The notes: generated from the sequence alone by a model not told the origin. Counted from the first letter of the whole stretch, positions 23,410 to 35,923 are shown. The stretch: DNA of 63,534 bases, filler included, from Octopus bimaculoides (GCF_001194135.2; 6 parts of 6 records of this genome joined end to end with filler, not necessarily neighbours in it); one strand, 5' to 3'. Numbers and translations: made by a program.

Positions 23410-25685
23410 CTGTAAAATAGAAATAAATTTTTGGCAAGTCAATTTATCGGTCTACGTTCGGTTCTTTAACAAAGCTATTTTCTTTCACTATTCTTTTATT
23501 TCCCGTCCATTGTTGTTTATCCTTAAGTCAGCCTTAGTAAATCAAATACATGATCAAAGGAAGACTAGCTATGACTATCCCTTCATAATGTACCCAAACG
23601 AAATTGTTCGGCATGTCTCATTTTTAAGACAGTTAATAATGATTTCAATGAAATTTGGTTACTATTTCTAGTATATCAAACGACCACGTAGAAGCACCGT
23701 CTTGACGTTCGAGAAAAATGGTATTGTTCTAAACGGTTATGAATGATAATACGTATCTGGAAAAAATCATCCTTGTAATATCTTCTCACTTCTTGTCCTT
23801 AAATGCGGAGGTCTGGTAGAATAGGGAAGAATCGGATTAAAACGTGTCTTGATATCGGCACATTAAAAGTAATGGGTGACATAATTGATAGATTATCAAA
23901 CAAATTGTCATCTGCCATTTCAAAAAGAGGTATCAAAGGTACTTTCCGAGCCTTATGCTTATAAGGCCGATTTCCCGGATTTTATGGCGTATATAACCCT
24001 TTGACTTGAGCGGATCACCGGACTCTCGAAGGATTACTCCATTTTGTCAGCTGAGTGAACTGGAGCAACCTGATATGAAGTGCTTTGCTCAAGAGCATAA
24101 CGTGTTGTCCGGTCCAGAAATCGAAACCACAATCGTACAATCACGAGTGCAAAAACCTTACCACTAAGCCACGCGCCTCCACCTTTCGATATTTAGTTAC
24201 GACACTTTACGTTCTGAGTTCAAAACTTGTTGAATTCGACTTTATTTTACTAACTTCCAGATTCAGTAAAATCTATTTACTTACTCAAGAATTTTAAGGG
24301 TACTATGTCACAATGTTAGCAATCCTTGCTGGTCATGCAATAAGTCATAAAAAACTGTAGAAAACTGTTAAATGTGTTGTACTATTGAGTTTTGTCGGTA
24401 AACATTGAGAGCTCAGATCTGAACGCGCTCATCTTCGCCTTTTGTTTCTCTGGTATGCATACAGTATGACCAGGTATGAATTTATTCCTTAATATTCGAA
24501 ATTTGTTAGCACTGTCGTATTAATTCTCTGTTCTTTTGCATCACATTCTTGATAATCACATCAAACTAATGTGACATCTTAGAAGCAATTGATTATTCCG
24601 AGAAATCTATGGAATTAAAAGTAAACCTTTAACTGACTATTGAACCAGTAAAGTCCATGATCTGAAAAAATTGGTAACTGTCTGTAATTATCAATTAATC
24701 CAAAAGAGAGATTGTCATAAAACATGGCAATCAACATTCTTTAAATTTTCCACTAGGACCTGCATTTGTCTATGAATTTTCCTACTGAGCCGACATTTGT
24801 CTATTTATTCTTTCATGTTAAACAGATGAGACAGTTTCTCCTGTGAAGGGAGTCCATCGCAGTTTGCTTTTCTTTGTTGGAACTGAACTCAACAATAAAG
24901 CGAACGAATTACTCGTAAATTCCATAGGCGCTATCGTGTTTATTTCGGTGGATTCTACGAACCACTGTGGGATATATTTTCAGTGAGATGAGATTATGAA
25001 TGAATGAATGTTTGCTCAACTTAGCTTGAACCAGAAGCCAAATTTCCCGCAAAACTGACTTTACCCTCTCATAAAAGAGAGTATATCCGTTAATGAAGAC
25101 TTAGATACACTATATCTGAAATAAAAGCACAAGATTGGCACAGCTGTGACATTTTTTATCATATGTTTGCTCAATTATGCTTATCTGCCGCTAAAACAGA
25201 AAAACGAAGATTTAAGTGGACTCGACCAATGACAGTTAAGTGTTTTGGTCACTGACACGAGGTAGTGTCGGTTTTGAAATACAGAGTTCCGGTTTCTCGA
25301 TTTCAGGTGTATGCATCTCAGGTTTTCCATTCGGCTTTCTATTCTATCAAAAAGAAGCCAAAACCACTTCTATCATGACTGCAAACATTAGCATCAGAAT
25401 ATAAACGATTTGAGTGCCCCCACCCCCACCCCATTAGTTAACAGGTTCTTAATCTATTGAGATAAACATTGAACGACAAATGTGACTATGGTGCGTTGTG
25501 AAAGACAACTGTAAATAAACATTATAAGACGCTGTATACAATGTGTGGCTCTCTATTCTTTTAACATGACCTAGTATACATACATNNNNNNNNNNNNNNN
25601 NNNNNNNNNNNNNNNNNNNNNNNNNNNNNTTAATTAATTAANNNNNNNNNNNNNNNNNNNNNNNNNNNNNNNNNNNNNNNNNNNN

Positions 25686-25915
25686 GTGCGTGTGGCACAT
25701 AAAAGACACCATTTCGAGCGTGGCCGTTTTCGTGCGGGTGACACGTAAAAGCACCCACTACACTCTCTGAGTGGTTGGCGTTAGGAAGGGCATCCAGCTG
25801 TAGAAACTCTACTAAATTAGATTGGAGCCTGGTGTTGCCATCCGGTTTCACCAGTCCTCAGTCAAATCGTCCAACCCATGGTAGCATGGAAAGCGGATGT
25901 TAAACGATGATGATG
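25686..25915 (+). mobile_element. SINE-like repeat 3' part with (GAT)n tail
   Basis: GACACGTAAAAGCACCCACTACACTCTCTGAGTGGTTGGCGTTAGGAAGGGCATCCAGCTGTAG...GTTAAACGATGATGATG. The tandem-repeat tail is typical of retroposons. Confidence 0.7.
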
Positions 25916-26416
25916 ATATATATATATATGTCTACATACACTCACACACAGCATCTGTTTATTATTAAACCTGTATGAAATTAATAAAGAACAAGATATA
26001 ATTTTTAGAAAGATTAGTAGATAATTATATAATATAATATAATCTTACACATGTATTGTTATTATTAATAAAATTTTGAAGAGCTTTATATCTTTTAATG
26101 AGGATACCTTATTAATAATTCGTTGTGTTTATTAATTCTACCTGTTTTGTATTTTAAGATAAAAACAATTTTCATTAAACGTAACTTATAAGGAGTAGCA
26201 GCCTTAATGATTGACTATGATCAAAAATGTTTGTTTGCTTTGAAATTTGAGACAATACATTCCAATTCTGCATTTACCTAATTTGTTACATCTTAAAATT
26301 AGATCTTGGGGGGCGGGGATAGACTGACGATGGTGACATTTTATTAAAAGTATCAAGAGTATTAGTATTTTATCAGCATTAGTCTAGATTTATAATTTTA
26401 ATAAAGTGTATATTAC

Positions 26417-26473
26417 CTTTGTTTCCACTTTTTTCAATCATCTTTGAAGCCACTGGAGAAGGTGGATCAAGTC
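26417..26473 (-). CDS. 57-nt phase 1-1 exon, probable stalk/linker exon of the PAN-domain gene
   Basis: Acceptor ctttttttatttaaag and donor AAG|gtaata. Reads (R)LDPPSPVASKMIEKSGNK(G); phase-compatible with the last PAN exon. Confidence 0.6.
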
Positions 26474-26994
26474 CTTTAAATAAAAAAAAGAATGTTAATT
26501 GTCATGCTTAAGATGTTGATAAGTTACACTTTAGTTTGTGAGCTTTTATAACTATGCTTCATAAATAAAAGAGAAAAGAAAATTTCACAATCCACTTAGA
26601 TTTATTTTTATGCAATTTTACTTGCTCAAAACAAAAAGTGATAATACATTTTAAGTGAGATAATTACATAAGAATTATGCATTCATTGATGCAGAGGAAA
26701 CCTGTGATGATGTCTTATTTTCTCACCAGCTACAGATGAATTTCTGTCTTTAAGAAACTGTAAAGCCATGAACAAGAGTGCTTAGCAAGGTTAGATTTGA
26801 TAAGTTTAGTGAGGAATTTTGTGTACACAGATTTCTGCAGAAGCTTTGTACACACTACTGCTTATTAATTATTATTGATGAAGTTATATAAATTCCTTAT
26901 TTGTTACCTTTGGAGTTCTTATGCCAACTGCACTTGGATATGATTCTCTCTTTATATATATAGTCTAGTTATTAATGTAGGGGTCATCAAAGAA

Positions 26995-27250
26995 TCTCGA
27001 CAGGCAGTCAAATATGTAGAAGTATATGGCTGTGATAGAAGGTCCTTTCAGGACCAGATTTAACAACCATAAATCCTCCCGTGATATCCAGGAGGGAGAC
27101 ACAATGTTACAGACCTGGTTATGCATATATGGTTGTTGAAGGAAAGCACCATGGAATACAAGATCAAGTGGCAAATTCTGGGGAAGTGCAAACCTTATTT
27201 TAGCAGTAGTAGAAAGTGCAGGCTATACCTAGCAGAGAAAGAATTGTCGT
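26995..27250 (+). mobile_element. Penelope-like GIY-YIG endonuclease fragment
   Basis: KYMAVIEGPFRTRFNNHKSS... then, after a frameshift, IWLLKESTMEYKIKWQILGKCKPYFSSSRKCRLYLAEK, matching the PLE endonuclease pattern. Confidence 0.75.
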
Positions 27251-27600
27251 AAAAAAAATATCTCCACATGGATGCCTACCAAAAGTGCAGGGGTGAGATG
27301 TTCCTGCTTATTTATGGGATCCACTATGATCATAAACAATAGGACCTCCACTGTTGGTCTATCCACCATCGCAGCCTGTGTGCAAACCATACACACACAG
27401 ACATACATAAGCATATGCACTTGCCCAATTCCATCTCCAATCCCACTACACACAGCTATTAATCTTGTACACACATTGATCCCATCACGTTTTTTGTTGA
27501 TATCCCAACAGGCTTTTTTGGAAGCAAGGGACATAATTTTAATGGATCCTTCTCTTAATTGTCTCCTGTGACTTTCAGTTCTATATTTAAGAGATGAGGA

Positions 27601-27741
27601 ATTATTTACATTATTTACATTTGACGGATATTTGTCCTCATCTTGTTTGTTGTAGCTATGATCAGAAGGGGACTATGAAAATGTGTTAACAACAAACAAG
27701 ATGAGGACAAATATCCGTCAAATGTAAATAATGTAAATAAT
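27601..27741. repeat. Perfect 53-bp inverted repeat enclosing a 35-bp spacer that recurs at 28252-28284
   Basis: ATTATTTACATTATTTACATTTGACGGATATTTGTCCTCATCTTGTTTGTTGT and its reverse complement at 27689-27741. Confidence 0.9.
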
Positions 27742-28315
27742 GTCCTGTGATTTTGTTTCACATTTTTCATGGCATCCATTAAGTGGATGACATTTTTGCA
27801 TTAATTGACCTAGGATGCTGTTGATGCTCTACATTCTATAATTTGGAAGACACTAAGAAACTAAAAAATCTGTAATAGCTCAGGTCATCTTAGAACAATG
27901 TAGCAGGGAATTCACAGAAGACTTTAGTGAACCAGTCAGGGTTCATCATTTTCTCTTCTTCACAGTCCTCAAAGATTACAAAAAGTTCAAATACAGAACT
28001 GAATGTTTTTGCATTTGAGAATCTATCAACAATTTCAGTTTAGGAAGTTTATTTCAGGTTAGAATTCACCCAGGTGAGTTCTAAAGGCTCAATAAAAAAC
28101 AAGAACACACACGAGCTCAATTTTGTGTAATTGGTACAAAAATATCTTCACAAAAATCTTTACTGATCTGATGCTCAAAATGTTCTGGAACCCCCCCCCC
28201 CCCAAGGAATAACTTATATTGGAAATTCTGGAGGTGGTTTAAGTGAAGTTATGTAGCTATGATCAGAAGGGGACTATGAAAATGCATGTAAAAAGTGAGA
28301 AGCTATATCCTAGAA

Positions 28316-28830
28316 CAGAGGTTCTCAACCATTTTTTATCTATGGACTTTTTGATTACTATTTTTTCTGGTAGACCCCCATAGCCATTTGATGTTTAAAA
28401 GCTAGTTTTATAGAAATTTCTTTCAAAATTTGTATTTTGTTTTTCTCACATTAACTTGTAGGCTGAACTATGTAAAATGTTAGAGAAAGAAACTGTTATG
28501 TCTCAAGCTACTGCTATCTAGCACCTTCGGATGATCTCTACTCAACCACTACACAGCTGCTACTCGACTGCTACTCAACACACCTACCACAGCCAGACTA
28601 CCTCGATTTATATGTCTTGGGCGATCCTACTTCTTCGCTTGGGGGCGTCGACACAACAGAAACCTAGCTGTTTCTTGCAATAGATACCAATATATACATC
28701 TAAAGCAAAACATTTTCAGGGGTCCTTAAAATACTTTTGTTGATCTCTGATTTATCATTTTGTTGTGTGGACCCCTAATAATCTTATATGGACCATCAGG
28801 GGCCAAATGGACCCCAGTTGAGAACCATTG
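28316..28830. mobile_element. hAT (Charlie-like) MITE carrying a nested solo LTR
   Basis: Termini CAGAGGTTCTCAACC...AGTTGAGAACCATTG; the TSD is degenerate. Confidence 0.75.
28494..28658. mobile_element. 165-bp solo LTR-like insertion, TGTT...AACA, 5-bp TSD GAAAC
   Basis: GAAAC at 28489-28493 and 28659-28663; TG..CA inverted termini. Confidence 0.7.
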
Positions 28831-29473
28831 TCCAGTGGTGCAAAAGAGCTTGGGATATTAGATAAGAATGGGTTATTTATGGTTAGTTGGATAGTGATCT
28901 GCATAAAAGGCCAGTTACATGTCAGTTAAGGTATCAAAATTATTAGCTAATGAATGCTTAGGGAAATTATGGTACAAACACTAAATTTGATACACAATTT
29001 ACTCACACTGTACATTTGTATTACACAGATATGAATATGCAATATGAATAAATTATGCATATTAAATGAGGAAGTTCCATGACATTATAGCACAAAGTAT
29101 CCTCTGTTCATTGTCTAAAACTTTCTGAAGTTTATGACTAAAATTTTGGTTTTCAGAGGCTTAGAATTTACAACAGCCAACCAAAAATTATAAATAAAGA
29201 AATTATGTCTGACACACAATATTAGGCTCAGTTGATGGTGATGCAACATGAAAAATAATGTGTCCAAAGCACCTCATAATGAAAATGAATCACATCAAGT
29301 TTAAACTTTGTTTCTTTTGATTAATGTACATAGGCTCTGAGTAAAGAGGAAGGACCTCATTGAGGACATGAGTGTCATGAGTAAAGTAAAATAACACTAG
29401 CTCTGGATTAAATCTTGACCGTAGTCTCAATTTACTTGGAGACCACTTCTTATTCTCTGGTATTGCATGTACT

Positions 29474-29505
<32 letters not shown>

Positions 29506-30290
29506 NNNNNNNNNNNNNNNNNNNNNNNNNNNNNNNNNNNNNNNNNNNNNNNNNNNNNNNNNNNNNNNNNNNNNNNNNNNNNNNNNNNNNNNNNNNNNNN
29601 NNNNNNNNNNNNNNNNNNNNNNNNNNNNNNNNNNNNNNNNNNNNNNNNNNNNNNNNNNNNNNNNNNNNNNNNNNNNNNNNNNNNNNNNNNNNNNNNNNNN
29701 NNNNNNNNNNNNNNNNNNNNNNNNNNNNNNNNNNNNNNNNNNNNNNNNNNNNNNNNNNNNNNNNNNNNNNNNNNNNNNNNNNNNNNNNNNNNNNNNNNNN
29801 NNNNNNNNNNNNNNNNNNNNNNNNNNNNNNNNNNNNNNNNNNNNNNNNNNNNNNNNNNNNNNNNNNNNNNNNNNNNNNNNNNNNNNNNNNNNNNNNNNNN
29901 NNNNNNNNNNNNNNNNNNNNNNNNNNNNNNNNNNNNNNNNNNNNNNNNNNNNNNNNNNNNNNNNNNNNNNNNNNNNNNNNNNNNNNNNNNNNNNNNNNNN
30001 NNNNNNNNNNNNNNNNNNNNNNNNNNNNNNNNNNNNNNNNNNNNNNNNNNNNNNNNNNNNNNNNNNNNNNNNNNNNNNNNNNNNNNNNNNNNNNNNNNNN
30101 NNNNNNNNNNNNNNNNNNNNNNNNNNNNNNNNNNNNNNNNNNNNNNNNNNNNNNNNNNNNNNNNNNNNNNNNNNNNNNNNNNNNNNNNNNNNNNNNNNNN
30201 NNNNNNNNNNNNNNNNNNNNNNNNNNNNNNNNNNNNNNNNNNNNNNNNNNNNNNNNNNNNNNNNNNNNNNNNNNNNNNNNNNNNNNNNTA

Positions 30291-30533
30291 TATTTCAGGC
30301 TTTACCTTAGGGACCCCCTTATAAACGCTTATGAAATTTATACATAAATATTTGCTTAAAATAACATATATTTTTACATTTATTTATTTAACAGTATTTA
30401 ACAAATAGGTTTATTGTCAATTAAAAGATTTCGATTAAAAAAACATATATAAAATCAAATTGCCCATAAAAAGTATTTGCTGTCTACAGACCCCCTGTCT
30501 TGTCCTTGCGGACCACAGTTTGAAAACCCCTGA
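30291..30533. mobile_element. Right end of a hAT MITE (left end lost in the gap)
   Basis: ...GCGGACCACAGTTTGAAAACCCCTG followed by AGCTAGAG (CTAG-centred target). Confidence 0.55.
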
Positions 30534-30619
30534 GCTAGAGGACAACTGAAGATGTGACTGGTGATAGTAGACATGGTGAAGGTAGACATGGAAACACTTT
30601 AGCAAGTCTGCTGGATACT

Positions 30620-30790
30620 TTTACATGGCACTGTGCTTTTACATAGCACTACACTGGTGCTTTTACATGGTACTACATGAACGCTTTTACATGATGCTGC
30701 ATGGGCACTTTTATGTGTTGCCGCATGGGCACTTTTATATGGCACCACATGGGAACTTTTACATGGGACCACCATGGGTGCTTTACATAC
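30620..30790. repeat. Degenerate ~24-bp minisatellite (TTTTACATGG...CATGGGCAC) x~7
   Basis: Direct reading; TTTTA(C/T)ATG recurs at ~24-bp spacing. Confidence 0.8.
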
Positions 30791-30937
30791 CCAGAAGGAT
30801 CAGTCTTAATATTTCTGCTGTGGAGTATGGGTTTTCTTGGGTATGGCTGAGCATCAGATAGCTTGATTCTTTGTCATTTCAGTATGCAAACACAAAATAT
30901 TATTTGGCTTTAAATAACTTTAAACCAAAATACTTAC

Positions 30938-31174
30938 TTATATAATGTGAACAATTTGCCACAATATTTGCTTCAATATTAATTGTCTTTTGATTAGCTC
31001 CTGTTATTTGACATATTGATGTTACTGGACAATAGTTAAAGCTGATACAACCATATCCTTCATCTTCCATACATAGCTTTGCACATGCTTTTAGAGATAT
31101 ATTTTTTACCAATAAATTACTGTTAAGCTTTTCCATCTTTGTCGTTGAATGTACAAAGTGTTGAAGAGGAGAAA
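30938..31174 (-). CDS. PAN/Apple-like domain exon (third visible)
   Basis: Acceptor atatatttccag and donor A|gtaagt; 237 nt, phase 1-1. Translates SPLQHFVHSTT...ACAKLCMEDEGYGCISFNYCPVTSICQIT...NCSHYI. Confidence 0.85.
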
Positions 31175-31440
31175 CTGGAAATATATGCAGATATTTAAGT
31201 GACAACATTTCAAAATTTCCAATGAATATTAGCAACGATATTTAAATATATAAATATATATTCTTTCAAAAAGTAATAAATATATTTAATTGGGATTGCA
31301 TTTACTTATGCCTATTAGTTATTATCTGTGTCTCCAAATTCTTATATCTGTAGCTGTATGTGTGCATTGATAAATGGGTATAGATGCATATTTGTATGCT
31401 TATGTATGTATGTATGTATGTATGTATGTATGTATGTATG

Positions 31441-33476
31441 TTCCTCTGCCCTTTTATGGGTCTTATTTTTTGTCCCACAGGGTGTTCAACAAGCACCCAC
31501 CTCACCAAGCAAGCCTGGTGGGGTTGCCAGTTTATTTGCTGACAACCTGACCATGAAACAGGTTGTACTGGACTACATGGTACCAGTAGCACTCTAGAGC
31601 TTATATAAGGGAAAGGGCAACAGGAATGATTGTGGTAACTATAGGGGAATATCATTGCTTTCTGTCATAGGAAAGGTTTTATTCAGAGTGCTTCTGGATC
31701 GTCTGCTGCAACATGTTGCAGATTGTGTTCTTCCAGAAAATCAATCTGGCTTTCATGTGGGAGATGGCACTGCTGATGTGATCTTCTCAGCTAGACAGCT
31801 TCAGGAGAAGTGTGTGGAACAGGGTCTGGATTTATATCAGGTTTTTGTCAATCTGACAAAAGCCTTCGATACCGTTAATAGAAATGCACTGTGGAAAGTC
31901 CTCCAGAAACTTGGTTGTCCTGAAAAGTTCCTTGCTTTGGTTAGGTCTTTTCATGAAGACATGAAGGGTAGGATTAATGTTAGAGGTAAAATGTTGGAGC
32001 CCATCTCAATAAAAAATGGAGTGAAACAGGGGAATATTCTGGCACTGACCCTAATTGCCATATATTTTGTGATGGTTTTCTGTATTGCATTCAGAAATTG
32101 CAGATATGGTGTTTACATCCATTATTGAACCTCTAGTGGCATATTTAATGTCAGGCACTTTGCTGCAAAAACAAAGGTATTTACCCCTATCATAAGAGAC
32201 CTTTGTATGCAGATGCTTGTTATCTAGTAGCGCACACAGAGATTGATATGCAACACATTTTGAATGCATTCTCTGCCTTAGGATTGATAGCCATTGCATT
32301 GCCTTAGGATTGATAATCAGTCTCAAGAAAACTGTTGTCATGTACCAACCTGCTCCTGGTAAGCAGTATATTGAACCAAATATCTATGTGTATGGTAAAC
32401 GACTTGGTGTAGTTGATCAGTTTGTCTACCTGGGAAGCACTGTTAATAGGTATGGCAATTTGGACAATGAAATTCCATACAGAATTAGGAAAGCAAGTGA
32501 TGCTTTCGAAAGGCTAGAAAGGTGCCTCTGGAGTCGGCGAGACATATGCAGAAAGACAAAGATAAAGGTGTACAAGGTGTGTTTGCTCTCTTCTCTTCTT
32601 TATGCCTGTGAGACCTGGGTTACATATAGATACCACCTTAAACAGCTGGAACGTTTCCATTAGATGTGTCTCAGATGGATCTATGGCATTAATTGGGAGG
32701 ACAACATCAGTGATCTTGAGATATTGGAAGGCTCTTGGTGTGAAAGTATAGAAGTTCTTGTGTTGAAACAAAGGCTCAGATGGAGTGGTCATCTGATCAG
32801 GATGAAAAATTCAAGGATGCCAAAACAACTCTTTTATGGAGAGTTAGCTCAAAGAGAATGACCTCCACATAAACTAAAAAAGAGGTATAAAGACTTGCTG
32901 AAGGCTTCCTTGAAAGATGCTAGTATCTCTCCTGACACATGGGAAGGCATAGCTATTGACTGTAGCTAGTACAGAAGAATTGTGCATGAGGGGACAGCTA
33001 CTTTTGAGAAATCTTGAGTTGTGCATGAGAAAGTAAGGAAGGATGTCAGGAAGGACATTGCTGTTGCACTTCCAGACGATAAGGGCCTTCCTATGATGCT
33101 GACATGCCGTGTCTGTGCAAGTCCCTGCCTCAGTAAAGCTGGGCTCATGCATCATCTTTGTAGTCATAAAGCGAGACTGATGACTGACTACCAGGCCACT
33201 GGTGGTGGTGCTATACACCATACTAATCATATCTGTCGGGCATGTGGAAGGGAGTGTGATTCGGCAGGAGGACTTAAACGACATGCAAAAGTACATGAAA
33301 CCCAATTATAATTACATCTGGCTTTTGCCAGTAAAGGTTTTAGCTGTCAATTCTGTCCAAGACATTGTAGATCTTTAGCTGGGCTAAAAAGTTACATTCG
33401 ATCACAGCACTGTTAACAGTTAAGTCTTGTGCATTGGACATACTTGATAATGAGAGGGCAGCCATCATCATCATGT
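31441..33476 (+). mobile_element. 5'-truncated RTE-clade LINE: RT, C-terminal domain, three C2H2 fingers, (CAT)n tail
   Basis: LYKGKGNRNDCGNYRGISLL, QSGF, KAFDTV, GVKQG, LYADA (decayed YADD), FVYLGS, RLRWSGHLIRM...PKQLFYGEL, with several stops and frameshifts. Confidence 0.92.
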
Positions 33477-33493
33477 ATGCATGTGTTATATAA

Positions 33494-33550
<57 letters not shown>

Positions 33551-34060
33551 ATATTTTGGTATGTTCATTTTTTTTTTGCCAAATAAACACACGCACTATA
33601 TATTTTTTCTTCACTTGTTTATTACTGTTCTTATTTTATTATTTTAACTCATGTCCTTTGTCTGGAGATCTTTCATCACACATCTGTGACCTCTTCAGTG
33701 ACACTTTGTTTTCATGTGTGTTCTTGCTCCACTTATTCCATTCTGTTCTTCTAAGATGTGTATCCTTATGTGCGCATGCGTTTGTGTCCTTGCTTGTGTG
33801 CATGCATGTGTATGTGTGTGTGTGTGTAGGCTTGTGTATGTGTCATAGATTTTAGCAGCAGTGTGGCCTACCCCTCAGCCCCATCCCCTCACCCCATTGT
33901 GCTGCTGCTGTTCTATATATAAAATTTAATTAGAAGTTGTGTTAACCTCATGAAGGGATGGTTTCATCTAAGGAAATACTGGTTTGATACCTAATATTTT
34001 TGGGGAATGAATTTCTTTAAGATAATAGATGTATATAAAAACATATAGTTTCTAACAATT

Positions 34061-34461
34061 TAAAAGAAGAAAATGGATATTGGGAAGTTAATAATTGTTC
34101 ATTATTAACAGCAAATTGGTCATCTTCACTTACAGCCGTTTCTATTAATACTCAACAAAACATTGAATTTACATTTATGTGACATGAGCATAATATCATC
34201 AGACGAAAAATGATGTGTCTTTGGATGCTATATGTGCGTTTGTGAATTCATTTTAGCAGATCCTGCTAAAATAAATTCACAAACACACATCTAGCATCCA
34301 AAGACACATCATTTTTCGTCTGATGATATTATGCTCATGTCACATAAATGTAAATTCAATGTTTTGTTGAGTATTAATAGAAACGGCTGTAAGTGAAGAT
34401 GACCAATTTGCTGTTAATAATGAACAATTATTAACTTCTCCATCTCAATTTTCTTCTTTTA
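34061..34461. repeat. ~400-bp near-perfect palindrome (3-nt loop at 34260-34262), each arm containing a hammerhead-like core
   Basis: The arms are reverse complements with few mismatches. The right arm has CTGATGA-TATTATGCTCA...TGAGTATTAATA-GAAAC-ggct-GTA. Confidence 0.92.
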
Positions 34462-34466
34462 GATGA

Positions 34467-34504
<38 letters not shown>

Positions 34505-35017
34505 TGGATCACATATTAAAAAAAGGAGCACACTCTAAAAGTTAGAGCAGTAATGATTTCACATCCATAAAACTCTTAGCTTTATAGACAACTCGTCAGA
34601 CTCCAAAGGCTGTGGGCATATAACCTCTCCTGGAGGTAGAAAGCCATTATGGTTAGTTAATTTGTAAACAATAGAATAATATAGACTACCCAAACCTTAA
34701 ATAGGATGAGTTATCTCCCTTAGATTGGTCTGGTTGGCAAATCTTATGGACCTAAAAGACAAACAGGGAATCTCTGCTCTAGGCTGGTTCATGCCTATGG
34801 CCATTGGAATCTGACGAATTGCCTATAAAGCTAAGTGCTTAATGGATGTGAAACCATTGATCACTCTATGATTGGAGGTATATTTAACTTCATGTAAATA
34901 TTTGTAAATTATTTACATGTTTTTAAGTTACGAAACAATTTGTCATGATATTAGAATTGTCTTACTGTTAAATAAGATTTTCTCAAACTATTTCTCTATC
35001 ATTTATGACTCTCTCTT

Positions 35018-35123
<106 letters not shown>

Positions 35124-35680
35124 CAGAGTGGAGCAAAAATCACAAGGGTGTTGATAATTCATTTATGTTCTATTTTAAATTTGCAATACCTTAGTAGCAT
35201 CTCTGAACTTATCAAATATTTAGTCTAACAATGACAGTAACAAACTTTGTATGTTTTTCACAACTTGGTCTTCCTCAGTATAGTTTCAAAAGATCTATTG
35301 AAGACCTGCTTTCCTACTTTGAAAATTAATTTCTATGAAAACAATATTATTCCCTTGATGTCAGCAAAGCTTCTGACTGAATCTGGCATGAGAATCTTCT
35401 GTTATCTGTTTATTACAGCAACTCTTTCTTACCACTTGGATTAGAAGTTTTCCATCAAAATATTCCCTTAAAGATGTGTGTTGAGATATTTATCTCAGTC
35501 TAGAATGTATCTTAGGACTGAATGATGTTTCCTATATTTTTCTTTGTTCATTAATGTCCTATTTGCAATTAGTTTTAACCATATACACTACTTAATCTAA
35601 GTAAAAAAGTGAAAGACAGAACCAAACAATAATTAAATAGTATATTCTCCATGAAATAGAGACCAGAAAAAGAGACTTAC

Positions 35681-35923
35681 CAGTGTACAAGTTGCAAATC
35701 TCTGTGGTAATAATATCTGTTGAAGGTACATCCATTACATGTCGAGAACTTAAAGTACACATTTCTTTAGAGGGACAATATTCAAACGATTGGCATGATT
35801 TGAGTCCCTTATCAATACAACTTTTAGCACAAACATCAGCACTCTGGACAATGACAGACAATACATTCCCTTTCATTGGAAATGTCTTTCCCGGAATTTG
35901 ATCAAACATGTTAGCATAATTCC
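35681..35923 (-). CDS. PAN/Apple-like domain exon (second visible)
   Basis: Acceptor tatattttcag and donor G|gtaagt; 243 nt, phase 1-1. Translates NYANMFDQIPGK...VCAKSCIDKGLKSCQSFEYCPSKEMCTLS...ICNLYT. Confidence 0.9.

Noticed and set aside
24802-24967. Possible terminal exon on - after cccacag (VRRIHRNKHDSAYGIYE* or WFVESTE...SSV*)
   Set aside because: The acceptor is weak, two frames are equally plausible, and there is no family signal.
25630-25641. TTAATTAATTAA embedded in N runs, repeated at 39987, 48168, 57289 and 61092
   Set aside because: An identical 12-mer with stops in all six frames, centred in ~100-N gaps, is an assembly gap tag rather than biology.
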